Shown: positions 1 through 6,785 of the stretch, piece by piece
Layout: each line of letters begins with the position of its first letter
How positions within the stretch are numbered: the stretch's first letter is position 1
DNA from: an uncultured virus (IMG/VR IMGVR_UViG_3300027704_000023)
Lineage: Duplodnaviria; Heunggongvirae; Uroviricota; Caudoviricetes; Crassvirales
Length of the DNA stretch: 64,000 bases
IMG/VR virus record: IMGVR_UViG_3300027704_000023
Direction: 5' to 3' (one strand)
Notes under the pieces: model-generated
The model's database searches: none
What the model was told of the DNA's origin: nothing
What the model saw: the letters and a program-made list of their open reading frames with translations, nothing else
Translations under genes and position numbers: made by a program

Positions 1-201
1 TAAGAACCTGGGGTCTTTGTTGTTGTGAAGAAAGGTAGACTCTCCATTCCTTACTCTAGAGACTGCACCCCATACAGATGCAGGGCTTCTCTTTAATTCT
101 CTCCCAATTACAGGGAATATTACAAGTTTATACTTGAACTCTCTTGCTGTATTGCAAGCTACTAACAGCTCTTCGGCTGTCCAATGCTTAACGTTTCTCA
201 T
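1..201 (-). CDS. 5' part of the HTH-like gene whose full copy is 62315-62659
   Basis: Same sequence as the start of 62315-62659, cut by the window edge. Confidence 0.85.
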   Translation of the reverse strand, partial: MRNVKHWTAEELLVACNTAREFKYKLVIFPVIGRELKRSPASVWGAVSRVRNGESTFLHNNKDPRFL

Positions 202-231
202 GTTAAATTGTTTTATATAAATTAAATTGTT

Positions 232-426
232 TTACTTTTCAGGGACATTATCGTCCATATTCATCATCAACTCATTGTACACGTACTTAAACTCTTCTGC
301 TTTTAATCTCCACTGCATGGCTATAATAAGTAGATCTTTTTTACTGTGTGCTTTTAACGCGGATTTGATTTGTTCTTTGGACCATGAAGCCAGAGGGTCA
401 GTTTCTATGTCTTTATTTAAACTCAT
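232..426 (-). CDS. Hypothetical phage protein (64 aa)
   Basis: ORF in a tightly packed minus-strand operon; start overlaps the upstream stop (ATGA). Confidence 0.75.
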   Translation of the reverse strand: MSLNKDIETDPLASWSKEQIKSALKAHSKKDLLIIAMQWRLKAEEFKYVYNELMMNMDDNVPEK

Positions 427-647
427 ATTTTTATAAATGTATTTGTTTTGTTTTTTAACTTCTTAGTTACCTTCACCCTTGCTCTTAGCTTTCTAGCGGT
501 TGTGTTCGCTTCCTTCTGTATTACAGCTAGGGTAGCCTCAAAGGCATAAGTAGTAGCTTTCTGATTAAGCTTATCTACAACCTCATACACATCATTACTG
601 TACGCAAGTATATCTCTTATTTCTCTAACACCCAAAAATCTTTTCAT
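423..647 (-). CDS. Hypothetical basic protein (74 aa)
   Basis: ORF with A-rich leader in operon context. Confidence 0.75.
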   Translation of the reverse strand: MKRFLGVREIRDILAYSNDVYEVVDKLNQKATTYAFEATLAVIQKEANTTARKLRARVKVTKKLKNKTNTFIKI

Positions 648-665
648 GTTATTTATATTATGTTA

Positions 666-752
666 ATAAAAAAGGGAGCTCATTGTGCAGCTATCCAAAG
701 CTAAGTAAGGTCTTCACCTTTTTCTTTTAGAATGAAACACACGAACTCCCAA
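666..752 (-). ncRNA. Candidate multi-branch structured RNA or terminator
   Basis: On minus strand GGGAGUUCGU...AUGAGCUCCC forms a 10-bp closing stem (with G-U pairs), encloses two small hairpins and is followed by a U-tract. Confidence 0.5.
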
Positions 753-757
753 TTATA

Positions 758-904
758 TTATGTTTCTTCAAACACGATCCATGCATCATCCTCATCAGGA
801 GATATGTTTACTATGTTCTCGGCTTCTTCTCTTGTTAGATCAGCGTATAACATATGCTTATGGTTAGTTGCTTTATACACTCGTTTTACTGTGTATGTTT
901 TCAT
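758..904 (-). CDS. Small hypothetical protein (48 aa, MKTYTVKRVYKATNHKHMLYADL...), below ORF-track cutoff
   Basis: Read by hand; ATG overlaps the stop of 901-1494. Confidence 0.65.
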   Translation of the reverse strand: MKTYTVKRVYKATNHKHMLYADLTREEAENIVNISPDEDDAWIVFEET

Positions 905-1494
905 GATGTCCATCTATTTCTTATCGTCACCCATACTGTAGCTTGAAGGGTAGACGGGTTAATATTATATTTCTTAGCTACTTTCTGACAATCTTTTTCT
1001 AGTAGTTTATACTGTAAAGGAGTGACTGAAGTTTTACATTCTTTAGGAGAGGAGCTTCGGGTTTGAATAGCTCTAAGGTGCCACTTATCTATAGTGACCT
1101 TGTTAATATCCTCCCCGCTTATATTTTTTGCAAAGGCATATGTTTTAGGTGATTGTTTTAATATCTTTATATCTCCACGAGCTATAGCAAAGGCTTTCAG
1201 CTTGTTGTTATTGTAAGTACAAACCTTAACCTGACTAGGTAAGATGCCTTTTTTCACAGCATCCAGCACTGTGTGTGCATCGATTTTATTCCTACCCCAT
1301 CTATTATTAGGAGATAAAGCGGACACGACACCCGCACAAATAAGTGGCGGGGTATCGAATCTTAGAGAAAGAATTTTAACATAATCCTTAGCCTCATTGT
1401 ACCATACTTTGCCCGACTCACGTTCCTGTAGTGTGGACTCGTTATACCAATATTTTAAAAGGCTTCTACCTTTTGTTCTGTCTTGTAGCGTCAT
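901..1494 (-). CDS. DUF7178-like phage protein, possible HhH-glycosylase-like DNA-acting fold
   Basis: WY..A...GVVSALSPNNRWGRN, SPKTYAF, VTIDKWH and LQATVW motifs recalled for this family. Confidence 0.6.
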   Translation of the reverse strand: MTLQDRTKGRSLLKYWYNESTLQERESGKVWYNEAKDYVKILSLRFDTPPLICAGVVSALSPNNRWGRNKIDAHTVLDAVKKGILPSQVKVCTYNNNKLKAFAIARGDIKILKQSPKTYAFAKNISGEDINKVTIDKWHLRAIQTRSSSPKECKTSVTPLQYKLLEKDCQKVAKKYNINPSTLQATVWVTIRNRWTS

Positions 1495-1532
1495 GATGTA
1501 TAGTTTTGTCCGCTTGAGCGGACGTTATTGTA

Positions 1533-1620
1533 TTGAGCCTAGCGAAGGATTCGAACCTTCTGATAACTACCCCCGAACCAACAGTAGTAGACACCCCCAT
1601 CTTCCAATCGTGGGCTAGGA
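1533..1620 (-). ncRNA. tRNA-like element (pseudo-tRNA)
   Basis: Perfect T-arm GAAGG-TTCGAAT-CCTTC and 6-bp acceptor-like stem CCTAGC/GCTAGG; D and anticodon arms non-canonical. Confidence 0.55.
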
Positions 1621-1626
1621 CATATT

Positions 1627-1803
1627 TCATTTTGTATTGTATTGCAAGCTATGAAATCGACTTGTAACTACACCTTTTCTTTTCGTTTGCATTATCTTAA
1701 GTTGAGCATTTTCGTTGGGATTAGAGGTTAAAAGACACTTTTCTATAGCTTTAAATAGCAGCTTCGTATCATAGCTGTTTAGTCTTATTGGTTCTTCCTT
1801 CAT
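1627..1803 (-). CDS. Small hypothetical protein (58 aa, MKEEPIRLNSYD...)
   Basis: Read by hand; fills the gap in the operon. Confidence 0.55.
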   Translation of the reverse strand: MKEEPIRLNSYDTKLLFKAIEKCLLTSNPNENAQLKIMQTKRKGVVTSRFHSLQYNTK

Positions 1804-1845
1804 TGTTATGTTCTTTAATAAATTCTGCTATTAGTTTATTGTTGT

Positions 1846-2040
1846 TCATTTTGATTTGTGCTTTATTATTGTTCCGCATATAACCTCCCCAATCATCTCC
1901 ATTATATACTCGTTGTCATCAAATGTAGCTATGAGTATAATCTCGGCTTCCGCTTCGGTTATCTCTACATCTAATTCTTTTGCTCGTATGAGTACGTCCT
2001 CAGCACTCCACTTAAGTTCGCTTCCGTTGTAGTATTTCAT
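1846..2040 (-). CDS. Hypothetical early protein (64 aa)
   Basis: ORF with AT-rich leader. Confidence 0.75.
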   Translation of the reverse strand: MKYYNGSELKWSAEDVLIRAKELDVEITEAEAEIILIATFDDNEYIMEMIGEVICGTIIKHKSK

Positions 2041-2057
2041 TTTAATTTAATATTTCG

Positions 2058-2255
2058 TTATTCATGTAATCCGTATTTGTCTATGTACTCTCCTATTGTT
2101 CGTCTTAGCTTACCTACTTTGAGTTCATACATGTTTACTCTTTCTGAATAAGCAAGTATGGTTTCTTGTAGCTGCTCGATTTTTTTATCTTTGTCCATTC
2201 GTTCTCTGTTTTTAGCTCGTTCTTGTACTCCCATAATTACATACAGTCCATACAT
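2058..2255 (-). CDS. Hypothetical coiled-coil protein; true start may be internal (MDKDKK)
   Basis: ORF in operon context. Confidence 0.6.
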   Translation of the reverse strand: MYGLYVIMGVQERAKNRERMDKDKKIEQLQETILAYSERVNMYELKVGKLRRTIGEYIDKYGLHE

Positions 2256-2563
2256 TCATTTATATCTTTGTCTTCATCGAAGCATACGCTCTCTGTGCGA
2301 TCACCACATGAATCACAGGTATACTTGCTTAAGATATCGTTATTGCTATGGATTTTGAATCTATTCAGAAGCCCCTCGAACTCATCGTACTTCTCGTTGT
2401 AGAAGTCCTGAGCCTCACTGCTGAGCAAGGTCTCGTATGAGCCTTCAAAAATCTTACGCTCTTCGTATGTGTCTGCACCATAGTTCATCTCTGTTATCTG
2501 TGTGGTTAGCTCGTCTAACAACTCCATGAATTCTGAGTTGTCTACGTATATTTTATCAGTCAT
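2237..2563 (-). CDS. Acidic hypothetical protein with C-terminal CxxC...CxxC zinc finger
   Basis: CDSC...CMDC motif. Confidence 0.7.
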   Translation of the reverse strand: MTDKIYVDNSEFMELLDELTTQITEMNYGADTYEERKIFEGSYETLLSSEAQDFYNEKYDEFEGLLNRFKIHSNNDILSKYTCDSCGDRTESVCFDEDKDINECMDCM

Positions 2564-2713
2564 GTTTTCTTATATGGTTTAGTTGTCTACCTAGATCGAG
2601 TATGTTCTCACCTTCTGCTATACATAGGTTGTAGTGTTGCCTCCATGCATCGCATGAAAGAAAGTTGTTGAACCAATCGAGATACATAGATTCTATTTGT
2701 GTGTTAGTGTAGT

Positions 2714-2980
2714 TCATATTCGTGGTAAAAAGTGTTCGTCTTTATTAAGCAGCCCTCTTATGTCGTGTGCTATATCAGACATAAGTCCCACTCCACCATT
2801 GATTTTATATTCGCGATCCAACTCTACCAATCGTTTACTCCAATCCTCGTTATCTATACATACTTGTACGATATACCATAAGTTTTCTTCAAACCATTCG
2901 GGTAGGTTATCCTTTACTATATCTATAGCTTGTTTTGATACCTTCGTGTTAGGTATTCCTTCTAATGTTTCTTGACTCAT
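2714..2980 (-). CDS. Hypothetical early protein (88 aa)
   Basis: ORF; start overlaps upstream stop. Confidence 0.75.
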   Translation of the reverse strand: MSQETLEGIPNTKVSKQAIDIVKDNLPEWFEENLWYIVQVCIDNEDWSKRLVELDREYKINGGVGLMSDIAHDIRGLLNKDEHFLPRI

Positions 2981-3363
2981 AATTTTATTGTTGCGTTTAC
3001 TGTTTCAGCACACTCCATAAGGAAGTCATCATCCCAATTTATAATCCCCATCTTGTGTCGCTTTATTTCTTTCTCAGTCAAGTCGGGGTAAAAGAACTTC
3101 TCGATAAACTCGGTACGTGTCATAGTCGGTGGCTTTTTGTACTCATCCACCATCTTGCATATGTCATCGTATATCTTATCCTTGTTGCCCTTGAGTCCGA
3201 AGTAACGCTTGACATCAGTAACTTTCCAATGTCTATTCGGTTTCATGCCTCGTCTCCATAGCCCTAAGTCTCGCTTGGATACGATCAGGTTGTACATACC
3301 TTTGGATGATGCACCTCCGTTGATGCTCATGTCTTTTTCTAAGTCCGTTTCAAATTGTGTCAT
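2977..3363 (-). CDS. Hypothetical early protein (128 aa)
   Basis: ORF starting 9 nt after the palindromic element at 3373. Confidence 0.8.
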   Translation of the reverse strand: MTQFETDLEKDMSINGGASSKGMYNLIVSKRDLGLWRRGMKPNRHWKVTDVKRYFGLKGNKDKIYDDICKMVDEYKKPPTMTRTEFIEKFFYPDLTEKEIKRHKMGIINWDDDFLMECAETVNATIKL

Positions 3364-3393
3364 GATGTATAGTTTTGTCCGCTTAGGCGGACG

Positions 3394-3657
3394 TTATTGT
3401 ATTTCAATTAGTTTTCCGTTAACCTCTTCGTACTGGTGTTCGCTCTCGTCTTCCCATACAGTCCAGTAAAGGACATCTTGTTCGACTGCCTCTTCAAGCA
3501 TTAAGTCATCGCTTTGACTATCGTATGTACCGAACTCAACATCTCGTAGCCAAGCAATTACATCCTTCTCGTACTTGAAGTATTGCTCGCCATCGCCTTG
3601 CAACCAACCTTCGTTCATTCCTTCGCTCGTTATAGAGCATTTACGTGCGTATTTCAT
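3394..3657 (-). CDS. Acidic hypothetical early protein (87 aa)
   Basis: ORF; stop overlaps the palindromic element. Confidence 0.8.
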   Translation of the reverse strand: MKYARKCSITSEGMNEGWLQGDGEQYFKYEKDVIAWLRDVEFGTYDSQSDDLMLEEAVEQDVLYWTVWEDESEHQYEEVNGKLIEIQ

Positions 3658-3660
3658 TTG

Positions 3661-3879
3661 TTATCCTTTTTCTGATGCCCATCCTAAGTCCTCAAATATT
3701 TTCTTGCCATTACGTGGCGGCTTACCTATCGGTATGCGGTAGTCGTGAGGGAAGGCTTCTTCTATCCTTCGTTGGTTATCACCATCTGCCTTGAACCACG
3801 CTTCTATAAGAGATGTTTCAAAACCCCCTGCATGTTTTAGCTGCTTTTGCAACTGCTGTATGTGTTCGTTGTGTGTCAT
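3661..3879 (-). CDS. Hypothetical early protein (72 aa)
   Basis: ORF in operon context. Confidence 0.75.
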   Translation of the reverse strand: MTHNEHIQQLQKQLKHAGGFETSLIEAWFKADGDNQRRIEEAFPHDYRIPIGKPPRNGKKIFEDLGWASEKG

Positions 3880-4070
3880 TTTAATTCGTCTTGTACGTTT
3901 TCTAGTGCCATTTTGTAGCCGAATTGTATAGCCATTTGCATTAGCAATAGGTCCATAGAACCATTATTTGCAGTTGCAAACGATTCTAAATAATCTCTGT
4001 CCTGAGGTGTAGCTACGATACCTTTACCTAGCTTGCGCATCTCTTCCTTGATGTAGTCTTCTATATTCAT
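3876..4070 (-). CDS. Hypothetical early protein (64 aa)
   Basis: ORF starting 12 nt after the element at 4083. Confidence 0.75.
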   Translation of the reverse strand: MNIEDYIKEEMRKLGKGIVATPQDRDYLESFATANNGSMDLLLMQMAIQFGYKMALENVQDELK

Positions 4071-4285
4071 TTGATGATAGCGTTTTGTCCGCTTGTGCGG
4101 ACGTTTTCAATAATACTCATGGCTTTGTCCATGGCGTAGGTGCGTTGTTGCTGCATTGTACCCGCAAGTTGCGGTGTAGGTAGATTTTCAATAAGGCACA
4201 CTGGTGTAATCTGATATGTCTTATCCTCTCGTTGGATAGCATTAGCCATCTCGTTTGTGTGGTGAATCTTGTCTTGTAAGGTCAT
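4067..4285 (-). CDS. Hypothetical early protein (72 aa; start revised to MTLQDK)
   Basis: ATG at 4285 lies 11 nt after the element at 4297, like the other copies; N-terminus MTLQD also starts 901-1494. Confidence 0.65.
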   Translation of the reverse strand: MTLQDKIHHTNEMANAIQREDKTYQITPVCLIENLPTPQLAGTMQQQRTYAMDKAMSIIENVRTSGQNAIIK

Positions 4286-4289
4286 TCTA

Positions 4290-4382
4290 TTATAGGTTTT
4301 GTCCGCTTGTGCGGACGTTATTAAATTCATTATCTATGTCTTGCATTGCTTGTTGCATTGCTTGTAGTTCTTCTTCGTTCAT
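4290..4382 (-). CDS. Micro-ORF (30 aa, MNEEELQAMQQAMQDIDNEFNNVRTSGQNL)
   Basis: Read by hand; ends across the palindromic element. Confidence 0.4.
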   Translation of the reverse strand: MNEEELQAMQQAMQDIDNEFNNVRTSGQNL

Positions 4383-4511
4383 TGCAGTATATCTTTTATG
4401 ATTTGCATTATAATAGCCGTTGATATTGCGACTACAAATATATTTACTATTGTCATTTTGCTTGTATTTATTATGTTAATAGATGTTATTTTGTCCGCTT
4501 GGGCGGACGTT

Positions 4512-5048
4512 TTACGCTTCGATTAATTCAGTCAGTTCGATGTCGACTAATTGCTTCAATAGTTCCGCTTTGACTGTTCTAGTCATGTCTTCCAGTACTG
4601 CGAGTACTTCGCTTAATTCAGATTTGGTTTTTAGTTTACCTTCACTGTCAAGGCTTGCGCTAATTCCTTTTTCATCTTCTGTTTTGGGTCTACTTAAGTT
4701 GCATTTATTGGGGGCTTTTAGTGGTGTATCCTTCAAGAATTTCAACAGGTCTGATATCGATGCGGTGGGCTGACCTTTTAGCGATTCGATGTATTTTTCA
4801 ACGTCTTCGATTTTTGTGGTGGATGCGTTTCTTATATCGCCGAAAAAAGTTTTCTTGTATCCATACAGTTCACAGAGTCCATCTCTGTCAATACCTAGTT
4901 TTTTCTTGTTTGCTTTCCAGTAATCGTAACCTTGCGAGCATAATTTGCCCATTTCGAGTTGAGTATAAAGGCTTTCTATTGTGCCCTTGTTAGCCTTCGC
5001 GCTGAGTACTTTTACGCTCTCTACATTTTTGTTTAAAATTGAATCCAT
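4512..5048 (-). CDS. Putative HTH DNA-binding protein (DUF3102-like N-terminus)
   Basis: EMGKL...GIDRDGLCELYGYKKTFFGDIRNA looks helix-turn-helix-like; flanked by two palindromic elements. Confidence 0.5.
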   Translation of the reverse strand: MDSILNKNVESVKVLSAKANKGTIESLYTQLEMGKLCSQGYDYWKANKKKLGIDRDGLCELYGYKKTFFGDIRNASTTKIEDVEKYIESLKGQPTASISDLLKFLKDTPLKAPNKCNLSRPKTEDEKGISASLDSEGKLKTKSELSEVLAVLEDMTRTVKAELLKQLVDIELTELIEA

Positions 5049-5180
5049 AATTTAACTATTTATTTATTTATATATACACCCTAACTTTTAGGGCATGGTT
5101 TTAATTGGTTGCCATTTTGGAATTAATCCCGCGCAGGTTCACGCATCCGTCCTATGTTTTGTCCGCTTGGGCGGACGTTT

Positions 5181-5417
5181 TTATCTCGTCAATTCGCGCT
5201 GCTTTGCTTTGCGCTTATGTTCACGTTCACGCGCTCGGTCAATTTTGTAGCCGTAGCCAAATTCGATGTTGTCCGCTTTGCGCTTACTGTCCGATGCCCT
5301 GCGTTTAGAGTTTCGCTTAACAGCCATGGGAGGGTGATTTCGCAGCGTGTCCGTGGGTCGCTTGCGGTTTCTGTGCTCGCTATCGCCCTTTATATATTTT
5401 ATCGTTTCATTAATCAT
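5181..5417 (-). CDS. Arg/Lys-rich first early protein (78 aa; start revised to 5417)
   Basis: ATG 4 nt after the -7 element; RAREREHKRKAKQRELTR at C-terminus. Confidence 0.6.
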   Translation of the reverse strand: MINETIKYIKGDSEHRNRKRPTDTLRNHPPMAVKRNSKRRASDSKRKADNIEFGYGYKIDRAREREHKRKAKQRELTR

Positions 5418-5421
5418 ATTG

Positions 5422-5454
5422 CAAATATTCATTCATTGTTTCTAAGCATCCAAA
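5422..5454 (-). promoter_or_regulatory. Bacteroidota sigmaA-type early promoter
   Basis: -33 TTTG (5454-5451), 21-nt spacer, -7 AATATTTG (5429-5422; one mismatch to TAnnTTTG). Confidence 0.65.
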
Positions 5455-5570
5455 CATTTAACAAAATTTGGGAGCATCCCATTTATCGGTGTATTTATTA
5501 ACTGTGTGTGCTATCTCGTTATTCATACCACAAAGATGGGGTGATGACTTTCGCCCATCCTAATAAATAC

Positions 5571-6376
5571 TGTTAACGAATGTTAAAACTGTAATTAACT
5601 GATTATCAAGTAGTTATAAGTGTTATTTGGTTAACTCCCTCATAATCAACGAGTTACACGAATTAGAGCTGAGCTTTGCCATTTTATACATAGAACCCCG
5701 CACATGTACGCGCGCACGTGAAACAAAAACTTTTATTCTAACCATTGATAATCAAGCAGTTACGAAATTAACTTTATTTAACATACTCTAACTAACTGAG
5801 TATCAGTCAATTATGCGAGGTTTAACGATCTCAACCATAGCTGTATACTAGTATCACTACATCAAAATAAACGGCTTAAAACGGCTTAAAATCGCCTTAA
5901 CATTAATTAACAAATAAAAGGTTTTGTAAGTAGTTGGTTTTGAATGGTTTAAAAACAATTAACATAGCGGTGTTAGTAAGTATTAACAATGAATGTCGAA
6001 GTTGAGCAAATATGTTGTAGGTACTCATAAATGAGTTATAATAATTATTATGTAAACCAAGAGGGGTATTGTACTAGTTCTTTAAGTCCCTATATACTAA
6101 CGACATACAACACAACACTTAAATAATTACTACGTTTAAAGCCTGTTAACTTACTGATTGACAACGAGATACATGTAGTGTATACATACAATCAAAACTA
6201 AATACTAGCAGTAGATACCTAACTCACTGGTAATCAATGACATACCATCAACTAGTTAATGTAGTCCTTCAATAGTATGGGGTTAACTGATTGCAAATCA
6301 ATAAGATACCAGTAAAAGCTGAATATGTACGGCAAAAAAGATGAATATACAAGGGTACGGGGTTAAAAAATGTTAA
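5571..6376. repeat. Non-coding control region with eight 25-bp imperfect palindromes (TAACTnnYTGATnATCARnnAGTTA) and about six TTAACA-N4-TTAACA direct repeats
   Basis: Palindromes at 5592, 5632, 5738, 5789, 5927, 6147, 6220, 6284; direct repeats at 5571, 5768, 5897, 5949, 5971, 6361. Confidence 0.8.
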
Positions 6377-6579
6377 TTCCGATTAGCAAATCTATCGCCC
6401 TAGGTTATATATAATCCCCATTCTAAACATTTCTACAATTTTTTTACGATTGCGGTCCTCGAACCATGTTTTTTTGTCCTTTGCGATCTCTATTTACTTA
6501 AAGCTTTACTTTAACTAACCCTTCTAAACGCTTGACTACGTTATACTTAACCCTTATTATTTAAATCTTCTCTAAGGAC

Positions 6580-6610
6580 TTGACTTTTCAAAAAAAAAGT
6601 GGTAACTTAG
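6580..6610 (+). promoter_or_regulatory. Candidate rightward promoter
   Basis: TTG, 20-nt spacer, TAACTTAG (variant -7 element). Confidence 0.4.
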
Positions 6611-6773
6611 CAGCGTATTTAGCGGGTACCGTGTACAACTACCGAAATATTTTGTTTTGTATACGAGAGCTAGTCTTACCGACACTGATCTAATATGTAC
6701 AGTGGTATACGCCCTCACTATATCCTGTTGTTAAAAGGCCTTCCTTTAGCAATACACGTAGAGTTCTTTTAGT

Positions 6774-6781
6774 TATCTTTG
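6774..6781 (+). promoter_or_regulatory. Bacteroidota -7 element TATCTTTG, 4 nt before ATG
   Basis: Exact TAnnTTTG match. Confidence 0.7.
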
Positions 6782-6785
6782 CTTT

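Larger units (their letters stand above)
1..1542. repeat. Direct repeat of 62459-64000 (circular overlap or concatemer junction; unit genome 62,458 bp)
   Basis: Sequence and ORFs recur at offset 62,458 (e.g. ORF 901-1494 = 63359-63952); one mismatch noticed, T127 vs C62585. Confidence 0.97.
1504..5179. repeat. Six dispersed copies of 23-nt palindromic element TTTTGTCCGC-TTNN-GCGGACGTT at 1504, 3373, 4083, 4297, 4489, 5157 (plus 63962 in the overlap)
   Basis: Seen directly; identical except for two loop bases. Confidence 0.95.

Noticed and set aside
1504..5179. Palindromic repeats as a CRISPR or mini-CRISPR array
   Set aside because: Spacing is 192-1869 bp, the intervals contain genes, and no cas genes were seen
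1504..5179. Hairpins as N4-type virion RNA polymerase promoters or integron attC sites
   Set aside because: No RNA polymerase or tyrosine recombinase gene recognised in the complete genome; not excluded if a very divergent enzyme exists
5271..5280. Seventh copy of the GTCCGC element
   Set aside because: Half-site only (GTCCGCTTTG), inside a coding region
227..5501. Plus-strand ORFs in the early region and short antisense ORFs nested in large late genes
   Set aside because: They are shadows of the better-supported opposite-strand genes and lack protein-like motifs
5710..5725. parS-like site (GCGCGCACGTGAAACA)
   Set aside because: Only 11 of 16 bases match TGTTTCACGTGAAACA, the left arm is broken, it is a single copy, and no parAB genes are present
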